From the NCBI GenBank assembly GCA_046734515.1, contig JBKPRI010000394.1:1-36535 (forward strand): 36,535 nt of DNA. Direction: 5' to 3'. The stretch comes from Candidatus Methylomirabilota bacterium (GTDB lineage Bacteria > Methylomirabilota > Methylomirabilia > Rokubacteriales > CSP1-6). Shown one piece after another: positions 17,032 to 27,735 of this stretch (the stretch's first letter is position 1; every line of letters begins with the position of its first letter). A program made the position numbers and the translations under genes. The notes under the pieces are model-generated. The model had not been told where the DNA came from, did no database searches, and saw only the letters and a list, made by a program, of their open reading frames with translations.

Positions 17032-18477
17032 ATGTCAATGTCCGCGGTAACCCCGAGCGCCTCGTACAGCCTGACGGTTCGCCTTTCTATCACTAATCGC
17101 CCCGGTATGCTTGGCCGAGTGGCGATGGCCATCGGCGAGGCCGGCGGCGACATCGGCGCGGTCGACCTGGTGGAGTCCACGCGCGACCGTATCGTGCGCG
17201 ATATCACGATCAACGCGCGCGACAGCGACCACGGCCAGCGCGTGGTCGCGCAGCTCAAGAAGACCTCGGGCGTGCGCGTGGTCAACATCTCCGACCGCAC
17301 GTTCCTCATGCACCTGGGCGGCAAGATCGAGGTGCAGAGCAAGGTGCCCATCCGGAACCGTGACGACCTTTCCATGGCCTACACGCCGGGCGTGGCCCGC
17401 GTATGTCTGGCCATTCGCGAGGACCGTCAGCGGGTGTTCGCGCTCACGATGAAGCACAACACGGTGGCCGTGGTCACCGACGGGACCGCCGTGCTGGGCC
17501 TGGGCGACATCGGGCCCGAGGCCGCTCTTCCGGTCATGGAAGGCAAGGCGATGCTCTTCAAGCAGTTCGCCGGCGTGGACGCCATGCCGATCTGCCTGGC
17601 CACGAAGGACGTCGACAAGATCGTGGAGACGGTCAAGTACCTGGCCCCGGGCTTCGGCGGCATCAACCTGGAGGACATCGCGGCCCCGCGCTGCTTCGAG
17701 GTGGAGGAGCGCCTGCGCAAGGACCTCGACATCCCGGTCTTCCACGACGACCAGCACGGCACCGCGGTGGTGGTGCTGGCCGCCCTTCTCAACGCGCTGC
17801 GGATCGTGAAAAAATCACTCCGCTTGCTGAAGGTGGTGGTGACCGGGGTCGGCGCCGCGGGCACCGCGACGATCAAGATTCTTCAATCGAGCGGCGTGAA
17901 GGACATCATCGGGGTGGACGAGCACGGCACGATCTACCGCGGGCGTCGCGAGGGCCTGGATTTCATGAAGCGCTGGGTGGCGAGCACGACCAACCCGCGG
18001 CAGGTGAAGGGGGGCCTCGCCGAGGCGATGCACAAGGCCGACGTGTTCATCGGCCTGTCGGTCCCCGGCATCCTCTCGGTGAAGGACGTCCGGCGCATGG
18101 CGCGCGATCCGATCGTGTTCGCGATGGCCAACCCGGTGCCCGAGATCCAGCCCGAGGACGCCGGCAAGCACGTCCGCGTGATGGCCACGGGCCGCTCGGA
18201 CTACCCGAACCAGATCAACAACGTGCTCTGCTTCCCCGGCTTCTTCCGCGGCCTGCTCGACAGCCGCGCGCGCACCGTGAACGACGAGATGAAGCTGGCC
18301 GCCGCCCGGGCGCTGGCCGCGTGCGTGGCCCGCAGCGAGCTCGGCGAGGAGTACATCATCCCGAGCGTCTTCAACAAGGCGGTGGCGCCGGCGGTGGCCG
18401 AGGGGGTGGCGCGTGCCGCCTGGGAGACGGGCGCGGCGCGCAAGCGGCGGCACTTCGACGTCAGCCATCTGTCGTGA
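17032..18477 (+). CDS. NAD(P)-dependent malic enzyme with N-terminal ACT domain
   Basis: ACT-like ITNRPGMLGRV, then YTPGVA, DGTAVLGLGDIG, MEGKA, NLEDI, FHDDQHGTA, GRSDYPNQINN. Confidence 0.93.
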   Translation: MSMSAVTPSASYSLTVRLSITNRPGMLGRVAMAIGEAGGDIGAVDLVESTRDRIVRDITINARDSDHGQRVVAQLKKTSGVRVVNISDRTFLMHLGGKIEVQSKVPIRNRDDLSMAYTPGVARVCLAIREDRQRVFALTMKHNTVAVVTDGTAVLGLGDIGPEAALPVMEGKAMLFKQFAGVDAMPICLATKDVDKIVETVKYLAPGFGGINLEDIAAPRCFEVEERLRKDLDIPVFHDDQHGTAVVVLAALLNALRIVKKSLRLLKVVVTGVGAAGTATIKILQSSGVKDIIGVDEHGTIYRGRREGLDFMKRWVASTTNPRQVKGGLAEAMHKADVFIGLSVPGILSVKDVRRMARDPIVFAMANPVPEIQPEDAGKHVRVMATGRSDYPNQINNVLCFPGFFRGLLDSRARTVNDEMKLAAARALAACVARSELGEEYIIPSVFNKAVAPAVAEGVARAAWETGAARKRRHFDVSHLS

Positions 18478-18478
18478 C

Positions 18479-19198
18479 ATGCCGGTGAAGTGGTCGGTCG
18501 TCATCCCGGCCTTCAACGAGGCTGAACGACTGCCGCCGTATCTGGAGGAGATCCTGGGCTTCTTCGAGGGCCGCGGCGAGCCCTTCGAGGTCATCGTGGT
18601 CAACGACGCCTCCTCCGACGCCACCGGCGACATGCTCGCCGCGGTGACGCGCCGGAACGCCGCCCTGCGCGTGATCACCCACACGCACAATCATGGCAAG
18701 GGCGGCGCGGTGCAGGCGGGGATGCTCGCGGCCACCGGCGAGTTCCGCCTGTTCACCGACGCCGACGGCGCCACGCCGATCGCCGAGCTCAAGCGCCTGG
18801 AGCCGGCCTTCGCGGCCGGCGCCGACGTGGTCATCGGCTCGCGCGCCCTGCACGACCCCGCGGTGGCGGTGCGGCTGCGACCGCACCGCGCGCTGGCGGG
18901 GCGCGTCTTCAACCGGCTGGTGACCCTCGTCGGCGTGCGGGGCATCGCGGACACGCAGTGCGGCTTCAAGGCCTTCACCGCGGCGGCCACCCGGCGGCTC
19001 TTCGGCGCGCTGGAGACGCAGGGCTTCGGCTTCGACGTGGAGCTGCTGCTGCGTGCCCAGGCCGCGGGCTATCGCATCGTCGAGGTCGCGGTGAACTGGC
19101 AGGACCAGGCCGGCAGCAAGGTCGGCGTGCTGACCACCGGGCCCCGCATGCTCGGTCAGGTGCTGCGTGCCCGCTGGCGCGTGGGGCACGGGCGATGA
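18479..19198 (+). CDS. GT2 polyprenyl-phosphate glycosyltransferase (Dol-P-Glc/Man synthase-like)
   Basis: SVVIPAFNE, NDASSDAT, NHGKGGAV, DADG, DTQCGFK, FDVE. Confidence 0.92.
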   Translation: MPVKWSVVIPAFNEAERLPPYLEEILGFFEGRGEPFEVIVVNDASSDATGDMLAAVTRRNAALRVITHTHNHGKGGAVQAGMLAATGEFRLFTDADGATPIAELKRLEPAFAAGADVVIGSRALHDPAVAVRLRPHRALAGRVFNRLVTLVGVRGIADTQCGFKAFTAAATRRLFGALETQGFGFDVELLLRAQAAGYRIVEVAVNWQDQAGSKVGVLTTGPRMLGQVLRARWRVGHGR

Positions 19199-20349
19199 GT
19201 CTCGCGAAGCGGCTGGCCGAGATCCAGCCGTTCCTGGCCGTCGAGGTGGCCGAGCGCGCCCAGGCCATGGAGCGCGAGGGCGTCGACGTCGTCCACCTGG
19301 AGTACGGTGAGCCGGACTTCGCGCCGCCCGCCGTCGTGCAGGAGGCGCTCGCCCGCGCCATCGCCGACGGGCAGATGCGCTACACGCACAGCCTCGGCAT
19401 CCTGCCCCTGCGCGAGGCCATCGCCGACCACTACCGGGCGACGTACGGCGTCAAGGTCTCGCCCGACCAGATCCTCGTCACGCCGGGAACGTCCCCGGCG
19501 ATGCTGCTGCTGTTCGGCGCGCTGCTCGATCCGGGCGACGAGGTCGTCCTGAGCGATCCCTATTACGCGTGCTACCCGAATTTCATCAAGTACGCCGACG
19601 GCGTGCCGGTGACCGTGGACACGACGGAGGAGGACGCCTTCCAGTACCGTCCCGAGGACATCGCGTCGCGGCTGAGCGCTCGCACGCGGGCGATCCTCGT
19701 GAACTCGCCGGCGAACCCCACCGGCGCCGTGCTGTCGCCCGAGCGCATGAAGGCCATCGCCGCGCTGGCCGAGCAGGGGCCCTTCATCGTGTCCGACGAG
19801 ATCTACCATGGCCTCACCGCCGGCGGCCGTGACCGCACGGTACTCGAGTACACCGACCGGGCGTTCGTGCTCAACGGCTTCTCGAAGGCGTTCGCGATGA
19901 CGGGCTGGCGGCTGGGCTGGATGGTGGCGCCGCCGAGCCACGTGCGCGCGCTCCAGCGCCTGTATGGCAATTTCTTCATCTCCACCAACGAGTTCGTGCA
20001 GTGGGCCGGCGTGGCGGCCCTGCGCGAGGCCGGCGAGGCCACCGTGCGCTTCCGCGAGATCTTCGCCGCGCGCCGCCGTTTGATGGTCGACGGCCTGCGC
20101 GCGATCGGCCTCGGCGTGGGCGTCGAGCCGAGCGGCGCCTTCTACGTGCTGGCCAACGCGCGCCACTTTTCCGGCGACTCGCTGCGTTTCGCCTACGAGA
20201 TCCTCGAGGGCTGCCAGGTGGCAGTCACGCCGGGCGTGGCGTTCGGACGCAATGCCGAGGGCTACCTGCGCTTCTCGTATGCCGCGTCGGTCGAGCGCAT
20301 CCAGGAAGGCCTCCGGCGCCTCGGTGCGTTTCTGGCCACGCGCCGGTGA
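19195..20349 (+). CDS. PLP-dependent aminotransferase class I/II
   Basis: GEPDF, NSPANPTG, SDEIY, GFSKAFAMTGWRLG. ATGA overlap with the GT2 gene. Confidence 0.93.
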   Translation: MSLAKRLAEIQPFLAVEVAERAQAMEREGVDVVHLEYGEPDFAPPAVVQEALARAIADGQMRYTHSLGILPLREAIADHYRATYGVKVSPDQILVTPGTSPAMLLLFGALLDPGDEVVLSDPYYACYPNFIKYADGVPVTVDTTEEDAFQYRPEDIASRLSARTRAILVNSPANPTGAVLSPERMKAIAALAEQGPFIVSDEIYHGLTAGGRDRTVLEYTDRAFVLNGFSKAFAMTGWRLGWMVAPPSHVRALQRLYGNFFISTNEFVQWAGVAALREAGEATVRFREIFAARRRLMVDGLRAIGLGVGVEPSGAFYVLANARHFSGDSLRFAYEILEGCQVAVTPGVAFGRNAEGYLRFSYAASVERIQEGLRRLGAFLATRR

Positions 20350-20768
20350 GCGCCGAGGCCTGTCCCGCCTGCACGGGCGAGTGGCCGCCGCGTGCGCTGC
20401 GCATCGTGGAGCTCGCCACCAGCGTCGCGTATCTCGGCGACGACCAGTTCTTTCCCGGCTGGTGCGTGCTGGTGCTCCGCCGCCACGCGACCGAGCTCTG
20501 GCAGCTCGCCCCCGCGGAGCGCGGAGCGCTGATGGACGAGGTGACGCGCGTGGCCCAGGCGCTGGCCGTCGCCTTCGACGCCGTCAAGATGAACTACGAG
20601 CTCCTCGGAAATCAGATCGGTCACATCCACTGGCACCTGGTGCCGCGCCGGGCCGACGACCCGGCGCCGCGGATGCCGGCGTGGACGGTCGAGCATGCGC
20701 CGCGCCGGCTCACCACCGCCGAGACCGCCGAGCGGATCGCCCGGATCCGCGCGCAGCTCGGCGTGTGA
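20346..20768 (+). CDS. HIT family protein
   Basis: N-terminal CPAC and HIHWHLVPR. GTGA overlap with the previous gene. Confidence 0.88.
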   Translation: MSAEACPACTGEWPPRALRIVELATSVAYLGDDQFFPGWCVLVLRRHATELWQLAPAERGALMDEVTRVAQALAVAFDAVKMNYELLGNQIGHIHWHLVPRRADDPAPRMPAWTVEHAPRRLTTAETAERIARIRAQLGV

Positions 20769-20796
20769 GGGCGGGCGCGGACATGGGCGGCATCGC

Positions 20797-22977
20797 GTGA
20801 AGCGCGAGCTGGGTCTGGTGGCGCTCGGGTGGGTCGCCCTGGCGCTGGTGGCGTCGGTGTGGCTGGCGATCGATCGCCGGCCCCCCGAGTGGGATCACGC
20901 CAACCATCTCGAGCGCGCGATCCTGTGCACGCGCGACATCCGGGCCGGCGACGTCCGCGCGATCCTCGAGCGCTCGTCCTTCTATCCGCCGCTGGCGATC
21001 TGCACGGCGGGCGCGTTCGGTCTCGTACTGCCGCCGGATGCCGCCGCCACGGCGACGCTGCTGCTCTTCCTGGCGGTCGGCGTGCTGGCCGTGTACCTGC
21101 TCGGCCGCGCGGTGGCCGGCGGGAGCACCGGCGTGGCGGCAGCGCTGCTGTTCGGCGGCGCGCCGTTCGTCGTGTACTCGACACTGCTCTTTCAGCTCGA
21201 CCTGCCGCTGGCCGCGATGGTCGCGCTCGCCCTCGTGGTCCTGCTGGCGAGCGACGACTTCAGGCGCGTGGGACCGTCGCTCGGGGCCGGCGTGGTGTGC
21301 GGCCTGGGCATGCTGACCAAGCCGACGTTCGCGCTCTACGTGCTGCCCGTGGCGCTGCTCCTGCTCGTTCGCGGCCGCCGCCGCGCGCTCGTCGGCGCCG
21401 GGCTCGCCGCGCTGGTGGCGGCGGCGTTGAGCCTGCCGTGGTTCGGCCCGCGCCTGTTCGGGCTCGGCGCCCAGGTCGACGCGCGCGCCTTCGCGCAGGC
21501 GGCCGAGGCCGGGCATCCCGACCCGTTCACGCTCATGGGGCTCACGTTCTACGTGCGGTGGCTCGGCTATCAGCTCGGCCTCGTCACCGCGGTGCTCGCG
21601 CTCGCCGGCATCGTCGTGGCCGCCATCCGTCGCCAGTGGTTCCTGCTCGTCGCCGCGCTGGCGCCGTTCGTCGTCCTCGAGGTGATCCGCAACAAGAACC
21701 TGCGCTACTCGCTGCCCGTGCTCGGCGCGCTCGCCGTGCTGGCCGCGCTCTCGCTCGACACGCTGCCCGCGCGCGTGCGCCGCGTGGCGGCGGTCGCCCT
21801 CATCGGGCTCGGCGTGGTGCAGGTGAGCACGATCACGGCCGGGATGCCGCCCAACACGCTGCTGCCGTGGCTCAAGACGTGGTGGCTGCCGACGGCGGTC
21901 GTCTCGCGCGCCGACTGGCGCCACCACGAGATCCTGGCGCTGATCGAGCGCGACCGGCGCGCGGCGCAGGCGATTTCTATCAAGGGGGACCCTAGCAGGG
22001 TCCCCCTCTTCCCCTCCACCGTCAGCGTGGTTCCGAACTTCGCCGTGTTCTCGGTCAGCAACTTCCGTTACTACGCGCTGCGCGACGGCTACGACATCCA
22101 GTTCGTGCGCGCCTGGGACGATCCGCCGCTGGGCATCGACTACATGATCCTCAAGACCGGCGACGTCGGGCCGTCCTGGACGGCCGAGAAGTCGCGCCGT
22201 GTGGCCGAGCGGCTCGCGAACGACCCCCATCTGGCTCGCGTCTTCCCGGTGATCGGCGAGTTCCCGCTGCCCGACGGCTCGGTCGCCAGCGTGCGCGCGC
22301 GGCGCATCCCGGCGCTGACCGACGTGGCGCCGGAGGTGGTGGCGGCGGCGGTCGAGGGCGGGCTGCGCCGGAGGCTGGCGGACGTGGCGCGGGACGTCGA
22401 GGGGCTCGACGTCCGTCTGACCTACGACGAAAGCATCCTGGCCGGGCGCGTCGCGCGGGCCGACATCCGCGCGGCGTCCGCCACTCTCGGTGAGTTCGCG
22501 CGGCCCGGCACGTCATCGCTCCGCGTGCACGACCTGCGCCTCGTGCTCGACGGTCTGCTGGTGAATCCATGGAGCGCACGGGAGGGCGGCCGCTTCGACC
22601 CGCTCGACCTCGGCAAGCTGCGGCTGGACTCCGCCACCGTGCGCATCGCCGATCTGCAGACGTTCGTGGCCGGACTCAAGCGCTTCCACCGCTCGACAGT
22701 GAAAGCCGATGGCGACGCGCTGGCGGTGGCGGTGCGCCAGAGCGGTCCCGACGTCACCGCGCGGGTGCGCCTGACCGCCGCGACCGACCGGCCCTTCGCC
22801 GTGCGCGCCGAGCGCGTGCGCGTGGGCGGCGTGCCGGTGCCCGCGCTGCTCGTGAACTGGGTGATCCGGAACTTCGACCCCACGCCCAAGATCGCCAGCC
22901 GCGTGCCGTTCCCGGTGGAGATCGGGCGCGTCAGCGTGCGCGACGAGGCGCTGCGCATCTCGGAAGGGAGCCGCTAG
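20797..22977 (+). CDS. ArnT/PMT-like (GT-C) membrane glycosyltransferase with a large C-terminal soluble (LmeA-like) region
   Basis: Multiple TM helices, DRRPPEWD loop, YPPL, GLGMLTKP, RY.LP, and a beta-rich C-terminal region of about 200 aa. The GTG 20797 start is inferred. Confidence 0.8.
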   Translation: MKRELGLVALGWVALALVASVWLAIDRRPPEWDHANHLERAILCTRDIRAGDVRAILERSSFYPPLAICTAGAFGLVLPPDAAATATLLLFLAVGVLAVYLLGRAVAGGSTGVAAALLFGGAPFVVYSTLLFQLDLPLAAMVALALVVLLASDDFRRVGPSLGAGVVCGLGMLTKPTFALYVLPVALLLLVRGRRRALVGAGLAALVAAALSLPWFGPRLFGLGAQVDARAFAQAAEAGHPDPFTLMGLTFYVRWLGYQLGLVTAVLALAGIVVAAIRRQWFLLVAALAPFVVLEVIRNKNLRYSLPVLGALAVLAALSLDTLPARVRRVAAVALIGLGVVQVSTITAGMPPNTLLPWLKTWWLPTAVVSRADWRHHEILALIERDRRAAQAISIKGDPSRVPLFPSTVSVVPNFAVFSVSNFRYYALRDGYDIQFVRAWDDPPLGIDYMILKTGDVGPSWTAEKSRRVAERLANDPHLARVFPVIGEFPLPDGSVASVRARRIPALTDVAPEVVAAAVEGGLRRRLADVARDVEGLDVRLTYDESILAGRVARADIRAASATLGEFARPGTSSLRVHDLRLVLDGLLVNPWSAREGGRFDPLDLGKLRLDSATVRIADLQTFVAGLKRFHRSTVKADGDALAVAVRQSGPDVTARVRLTAATDRPFAVRAERVRVGGVPVPALLVNWVIRNFDPTPKIASRVPFPVEIGRVSVRDEALRISEGSR
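21973..22017 (-). repeat. Palindromic REP-like element, intragenic copy
   Basis: AGGGGGACCCT-AGC-AGGGTCCCCCT forms a perfect stem (21983-22007). Its reverse complement aligns with 33853-33887. Confidence 0.7.
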
Positions 22978-22979
22978 TC

Positions 22980-23636
22980 ATGCCGCGCGAGACCACCGCC
23001 GCCAAGCAGGCGCGCGCCCGCAAGATCCTGGACGGATTGCAGCAGGCGTATCCCGACGCCAGGATCGCGCTCGACTTCAAGACGCCGCTGCAGCTGCTGA
23101 TCGCCACGATCCTGTCCGCGCAGTGCACCGACGAGCGCGTGAACATGGTGACGCCCGGTCTCTTCAAGACCTATCCGAGCGCGCAGGCGCTGGCCCGGGC
23201 CAAGCCGGCCAAGCTCGAGAAGGAGATCCGCTCCACCGGCTTCTTCCGGGCCAAGACGCGCTCGCTGCTGGGCATGGCCCAGGCCCTCGTCGAGCGGCAC
23301 GGAGGCGAGGTGCCCCGGGACCGGGACGCGCTGGTCGAGCTGCCCGGGGTGGGGCTGAAGACGGCCAACGTGGTGCTGGGCAACGCCTTTGGCGTGGATG
23401 CCCTCGCGGTCGACACCCACGTCTTTCGGGTTTCCCAGCGCCTCGCCCTGGCCAAGTCCGAGGATGCCACCGAGATCCACGACCAGCTCGTGCAGATCCT
23501 GCCGAAGGGCCGCCTCACCCAGGGTACGCACCTGCTGATCATCCACGGCCGGCGCACGTGCGTGGCACGCAAGCCCGCGTGCCCCGTGTGCGCGGTTCGC
23601 GCGCTCTGCCCATGGCCGGACAAGACGCGGGCCTGA
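22980..23636 (+). CDS. nth: Endonuclease III
   Basis: ILSAQCTD, LPGVGLKTANV (HhH), VDTH, and a C-x6-C-x2-C-x5-C cluster motif. Confidence 0.96.
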   Translation: MPRETTAAKQARARKILDGLQQAYPDARIALDFKTPLQLLIATILSAQCTDERVNMVTPGLFKTYPSAQALARAKPAKLEKEIRSTGFFRAKTRSLLGMAQALVERHGGEVPRDRDALVELPGVGLKTANVVLGNAFGVDALAVDTHVFRVSQRLALAKSEDATEIHDQLVQILPKGRLTQGTHLLIIHGRRTCVARKPACPVCAVRALCPWPDKTRA

Positions 23637-23649
23637 CGCGGCGCGCGCC

Positions 23650-23678
23650 TTGACAGCGCAAGAGTTGTGGCCTAGAGT
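23650..23678 (+). promoter_or_regulatory. sigma70 promoter of rplM
   Basis: TTGACA (23650-23655), 17-bp spacer, TAGAGT (23673-23678). Confidence 0.8.
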
Positions 23679-23748
23679 AGTGCGTTGCAAATTTCCCATC
23701 CGCTACGCCCACTTACAGTGCGCGCGGGTCTGAAGAGACGGAGATAGC

Positions 23749-24198
23749 ATGGCGACGCCGGTGCCGAAGGAGAGCGAGATCGAGCGCAAGTGGTTCATCG
23801 TGGACGCCGAGGGGCAGGTGCTCGGCCGTCTGGCGACGCGCGTCGCCTCGATCCTGAGAGGCAAGCACAAGAGCACGTTCACGCCGCACCTGGACACCGG
23901 CGATCACGTGATCGTGGTCAACGCCGAGAAGATCCACGTCACCGGGCGTAAGCGCACGGACAAGATGTATCGCTGGCACTCCGGCTACATCGGCGGGCTG
24001 CGCGAGGTGTCCTTCGAGAAGATGATCAAGTCGCACCCCGACCGTGTGATCGAGTGGGCCGTGCAGGGCATGCTGCCGAAGAACCGGCTGGGGCGCGCGA
24101 TGGCGAAGAAGCTCAAGGTCTACCGGGGCAAGGCCCATCCGCACGAGGCGCAGCAGCCTCAGGCGCTGCCGGCGGCCCGCGGCGGGGAGGGACGATAG
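23749..24198 (+). CDS. rplM: 50S ribosomal protein L13
   Basis: [36 protein letters not shown]. Confidence 0.98.
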   Translation: MATPVPKESEIERKWFIVDAEGQVLGRLATRVASILRGKHKSTFTPHLDTGDHVIVVNAEKIHVTGRKRTDKMYRWHSGYIGGLREVSFEKMIKSHPDRVIEWAVQGMLPKNRLGRAMAKKLKVYRGKAHPHEAQQPQALPAARGGEGR

Positions 24199-24597
24199 AT
24201 GGCGGCGGTGCTCGACAGGTTCTACGGCACCGGACGGCGCAAGACGTCGGTGGCCCGCGTGTGGATCCGGCCCGGCTCGGGGCGGATCGTCATCAACAAG
24301 CGGCAGTTCGAGGACTACTTCCCGCGCGAGACGCTGCGCATGATCATCGCGCAGCCGTTCGAGGTGACGAGCACCGTGGGACAGTTCGACATCCTGTGCA
24401 CCGTCGGCGGCGGCGGACCGACGGGCCAGGCCGGTGCCGTGCGCCACGGCCTCGCCCGCGCGCTGGCGCGCTTCGACGAGAAGCTCCGGTCCCCGCTCAA
24501 GAAGGCGGGGCTGCTCACGCGCGACCCGCGCATGCGCGAGCGCAAGAAGTATGGCCAGCCGGGCGCGCGGCAGAAGTTCCAGTACTCCAAGCGCTGA
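24199..24597 (+). CDS. rpsI: 30S ribosomal protein S9
   Basis: [40 protein letters not shown]. Confidence 0.98.
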   Translation: MAAVLDRFYGTGRRKTSVARVWIRPGSGRIVINKRQFEDYFPRETLRMIIAQPFEVTSTVGQFDILCTVGGGGPTGQAGAVRHGLARALARFDEKLRSPLKKAGLLTRDPRMRERKKYGQPGARQKFQYSKR

Positions 24598-24601
24598 CGC
24601 G

Positions 24602-25666
24602 GTGAGCTCCATCGACCGCGTTCGCGTCGCCGTCGCCGGCGCCAGCGGGTACATGGGCGCCGAGCTGCTGCGCCTGCTGCTCGTCCATCCGCGCGTCACC
24701 CTCACCGGCGTGACGTCCGAGCGGCTGGCCGGCGAGCCGCTGGCCCGCGTCTATCCGCACCTGCGCGGGCTGACCGAGCTGGCGTTCCACGACCTCGATC
24801 CCGCGTGGCTCGCCGAGGCGGCCGACGTCGTCTTCCTGGCGCTTCCGCACATGGAGTCGCAGCGGGCGGTGCCCGTGCTCCGCGCGGCCGGCCGCAAGGT
24901 GATCGACCTCTCGGCGGATTACCGGCTGCGTGACGCCGAGGACTACGTCACCTGGTACAAGGCGCCGCACATCGATCCGGCCGGGCTCGCGGAAGCGGTG
25001 TACGGCCTGCCGGAGCTGCACCGCAAGGCGATCGCCGGTGCGTCGCTGGTGGCGTCACCCGGCTGCTATCCCGTGGGCGCGATCCTCGCGACGGCACCGC
25101 TGGTGAAGAACGGTCTGGCGCGGCTCGACGGCATCGTGGTGGACGGCAAGTCCGGCGTCACCGGCGCCGGCGCGCAGGGGCGCAAGGTCGACCCGATGTA
25201 CCTCTTCACCGAGGCCAACGAGAACGTGCAGGCTTACGGCCTGGCCTCGCACCGGCACACGGCCGAGATGGACCAGGAGCTCTCGGGGCTGGCCGGCAGC
25301 CCGGTGAAGGTGAGCTTCACGCCGCATCTCGTGCCGCTCAATCGCGGCCTCTTCACGACGGCCTCGGTGCCGCTGGCCACCACGCTGACGACGGCGGACG
25401 CCCTGCGCGTCTATCGCGAGTTCTACGCGGGCGAGACGTTCGTGCGGGTGTGCGGCGAGGGCGAGCGCCCGGCCACGCGGCAGGTGGTGGGCTCGAACTA
25501 CTGCGACGTGGCCGTGGCCGTCGACGCGCGCACGAACCGTGCGGTGTGCGTCTCGGCCATCGACAACCTCGGCAAGGGAGGTTCCGCCAACGGCGTGCAG
25601 TGCCTGAACATCCTCTTCGGCTGGCACGAGCGGACCGGGCTCGACGCCGCGCCGGTGTACCCCTGA
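24602..25666 (+). CDS. argC: N-acetyl-gamma-glutamyl-phosphate reductase
   Basis: GASGYMG, FLALPH, DLSADYR, PGCYP, SGVTGAG, IDNLGKG. Confidence 0.96.
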   Translation: MSSIDRVRVAVAGASGYMGAELLRLLLVHPRVTLTGVTSERLAGEPLARVYPHLRGLTELAFHDLDPAWLAEAADVVFLALPHMESQRAVPVLRAAGRKVIDLSADYRLRDAEDYVTWYKAPHIDPAGLAEAVYGLPELHRKAIAGASLVASPGCYPVGAILATAPLVKNGLARLDGIVVDGKSGVTGAGAQGRKVDPMYLFTEANENVQAYGLASHRHTAEMDQELSGLAGSPVKVSFTPHLVPLNRGLFTTASVPLATTLTTADALRVYREFYAGETFVRVCGEGERPATRQVVGSNYCDVAVAVDARTNRAVCVSAIDNLGKGGSANGVQCLNILFGWHERTGLDAAPVYP

Positions 25667-25671
25667 GCCGG

Positions 25672-26886
25672 GTGCCCGAGATCGAGTGGCTCGAGGGCGG
25701 CATCACCGCCGTGCCCGGCTTCCTGGCGGGCGGTGTCACCGCCGGCATCAAGCCCTCCGGCAAGAAGGATCTCGCGCTGATCCACTCGCCGACGCCCGCA
25801 CGCTCGGCGGCCGTGTTCACGTCCAACCAGGTCAAGGGTGCCCCGGTGCTGGTCTCGATGGAGCACGCGCGCAGCGGCGCCGCCCAGGCCATCGTGGCCT
25901 CCAGTGGCTGCGCCAACGTGTGCACCGGCGAGCGCGGGGTGAAGGACGCCCGTGAGATGACCAAGGCCGTCGCGGACCTGCTGCGCATCCCGCAGAACCA
26001 CGTGCTGATCGCGGCCACGGGCGTGATCGGCGTGCCGCTGCCGATGGACAAGATTCGCACGGCCATCCCGAAGCTGGTGAAGTCGCTCTCCCCGCAAGGC
26101 GGGCGCGCCGCGGCCGAGGCCATCATGACGACGGACACGCGGCCCAAGGAGGCGGCGCTTCGCGTCGAGGTCAACGGCCGCGTGGTGACGCTCGGCGGCA
26201 TCGCCAAGGGCGTGGCCATGCTGGAGCCCCACCTGGCCACGATGTTCTGCTTCGTGGCCACCGACGCCGCCGTCGCGCGCGGCGCCCTCGGCGGCGTCCT
26301 GCGCCGCGCCGTCGACCGGTCCTTCAACCGGGTCACGGTGGACTCCGACACCTCGACCAGCGACACCGTGGCGATCCTGGCCAACGGCCTGGCCGAGAAC
26401 CGGCCGGTCGAGGCGGGCGGGCGGGGGCAGAGCCAGTTCACGGCCGCGCTGGAAGCCCTGACGATCAAGCTGGCCAAGATGCTGGTGGCCGACGGCGAGG
26501 GCGCCACCAAGCTCGTCATGGTGACCGTGCGTGGGGCTTCCAGCCGGCGTGACGCCCTGGTAGCGGCCCGCAGCGTGGCCAACTCGCCGCTCATCAAGTG
26601 CGCCTTCAACGGCGCCGACCCCAACTGGGGGCGGATCATGATGGCGCTGGGCAAGTCGGCGGCCCGGATCGACCAGGACAAGGTGGGCATCGCCTTCGGC
26701 GACGAGCCGCTGGTGGAGCACGGCGCGCTCAGAGAAGGCGTGCGCCTGGAGCGCATCCGCGAGATCATGGGAGGCAGTGAGTACGAGCTCACGATCGACC
26801 TCGGGCTGGGACGCGGCGAGGACCGGGTCTGGATGAGCGATCTGAGCGAAGAGTACGTTCGGCTCAACGGCAAGTACACGACGTAG
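25672..26886 (+). CDS. argJ: Ornithine acetyltransferase / glutamate N-acetyltransferase
   Basis: IMTTDT, AKG..M..P.LATM, DTSTSDT, DGEGATK, DPNWGRI, terminal YTT. Confidence 0.95.
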   Translation: MPEIEWLEGGITAVPGFLAGGVTAGIKPSGKKDLALIHSPTPARSAAVFTSNQVKGAPVLVSMEHARSGAAQAIVASSGCANVCTGERGVKDAREMTKAVADLLRIPQNHVLIAATGVIGVPLPMDKIRTAIPKLVKSLSPQGGRAAAEAIMTTDTRPKEAALRVEVNGRVVTLGGIAKGVAMLEPHLATMFCFVATDAAVARGALGGVLRRAVDRSFNRVTVDSDTSTSDTVAILANGLAENRPVEAGGRGQSQFTAALEALTIKLAKMLVADGEGATKLVMVTVRGASSRRDALVAARSVANSPLIKCAFNGADPNWGRIMMALGKSAARIDQDKVGIAFGDEPLVEHGALREGVRLERIREIMGGSEYELTIDLGLGRGEDRVWMSDLSEEYVRLNGKYTT

Positions 26887-26893
26887 TTCACAT

Positions 26894-26958
26894 CACACAC
26901 GCCGCGCACTTTCGGTGGGAATGCCCGGCATTCCTCAGCGCGGCGGAGGCCAACCGAA
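26894..26958 (+). ncRNA. rpsB (S2) autoregulatory leader, t44-like
   Basis: ACACACG ... TTCGGTG ... CGGAGGC.AACCGAA layout, outer stem GCCGCGC/GCGCGGC, inner stem GGAATGC/GCATTCC, and pseudoknot pairing TTCGGT/ACCGAA beside the RBS. Confidence 0.75.
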
Positions 26959-26967
26959 GGAGGGTCC

Positions 26968-27734
<767 letters not shown>

Positions 27735-27735
<1 letters not shown>

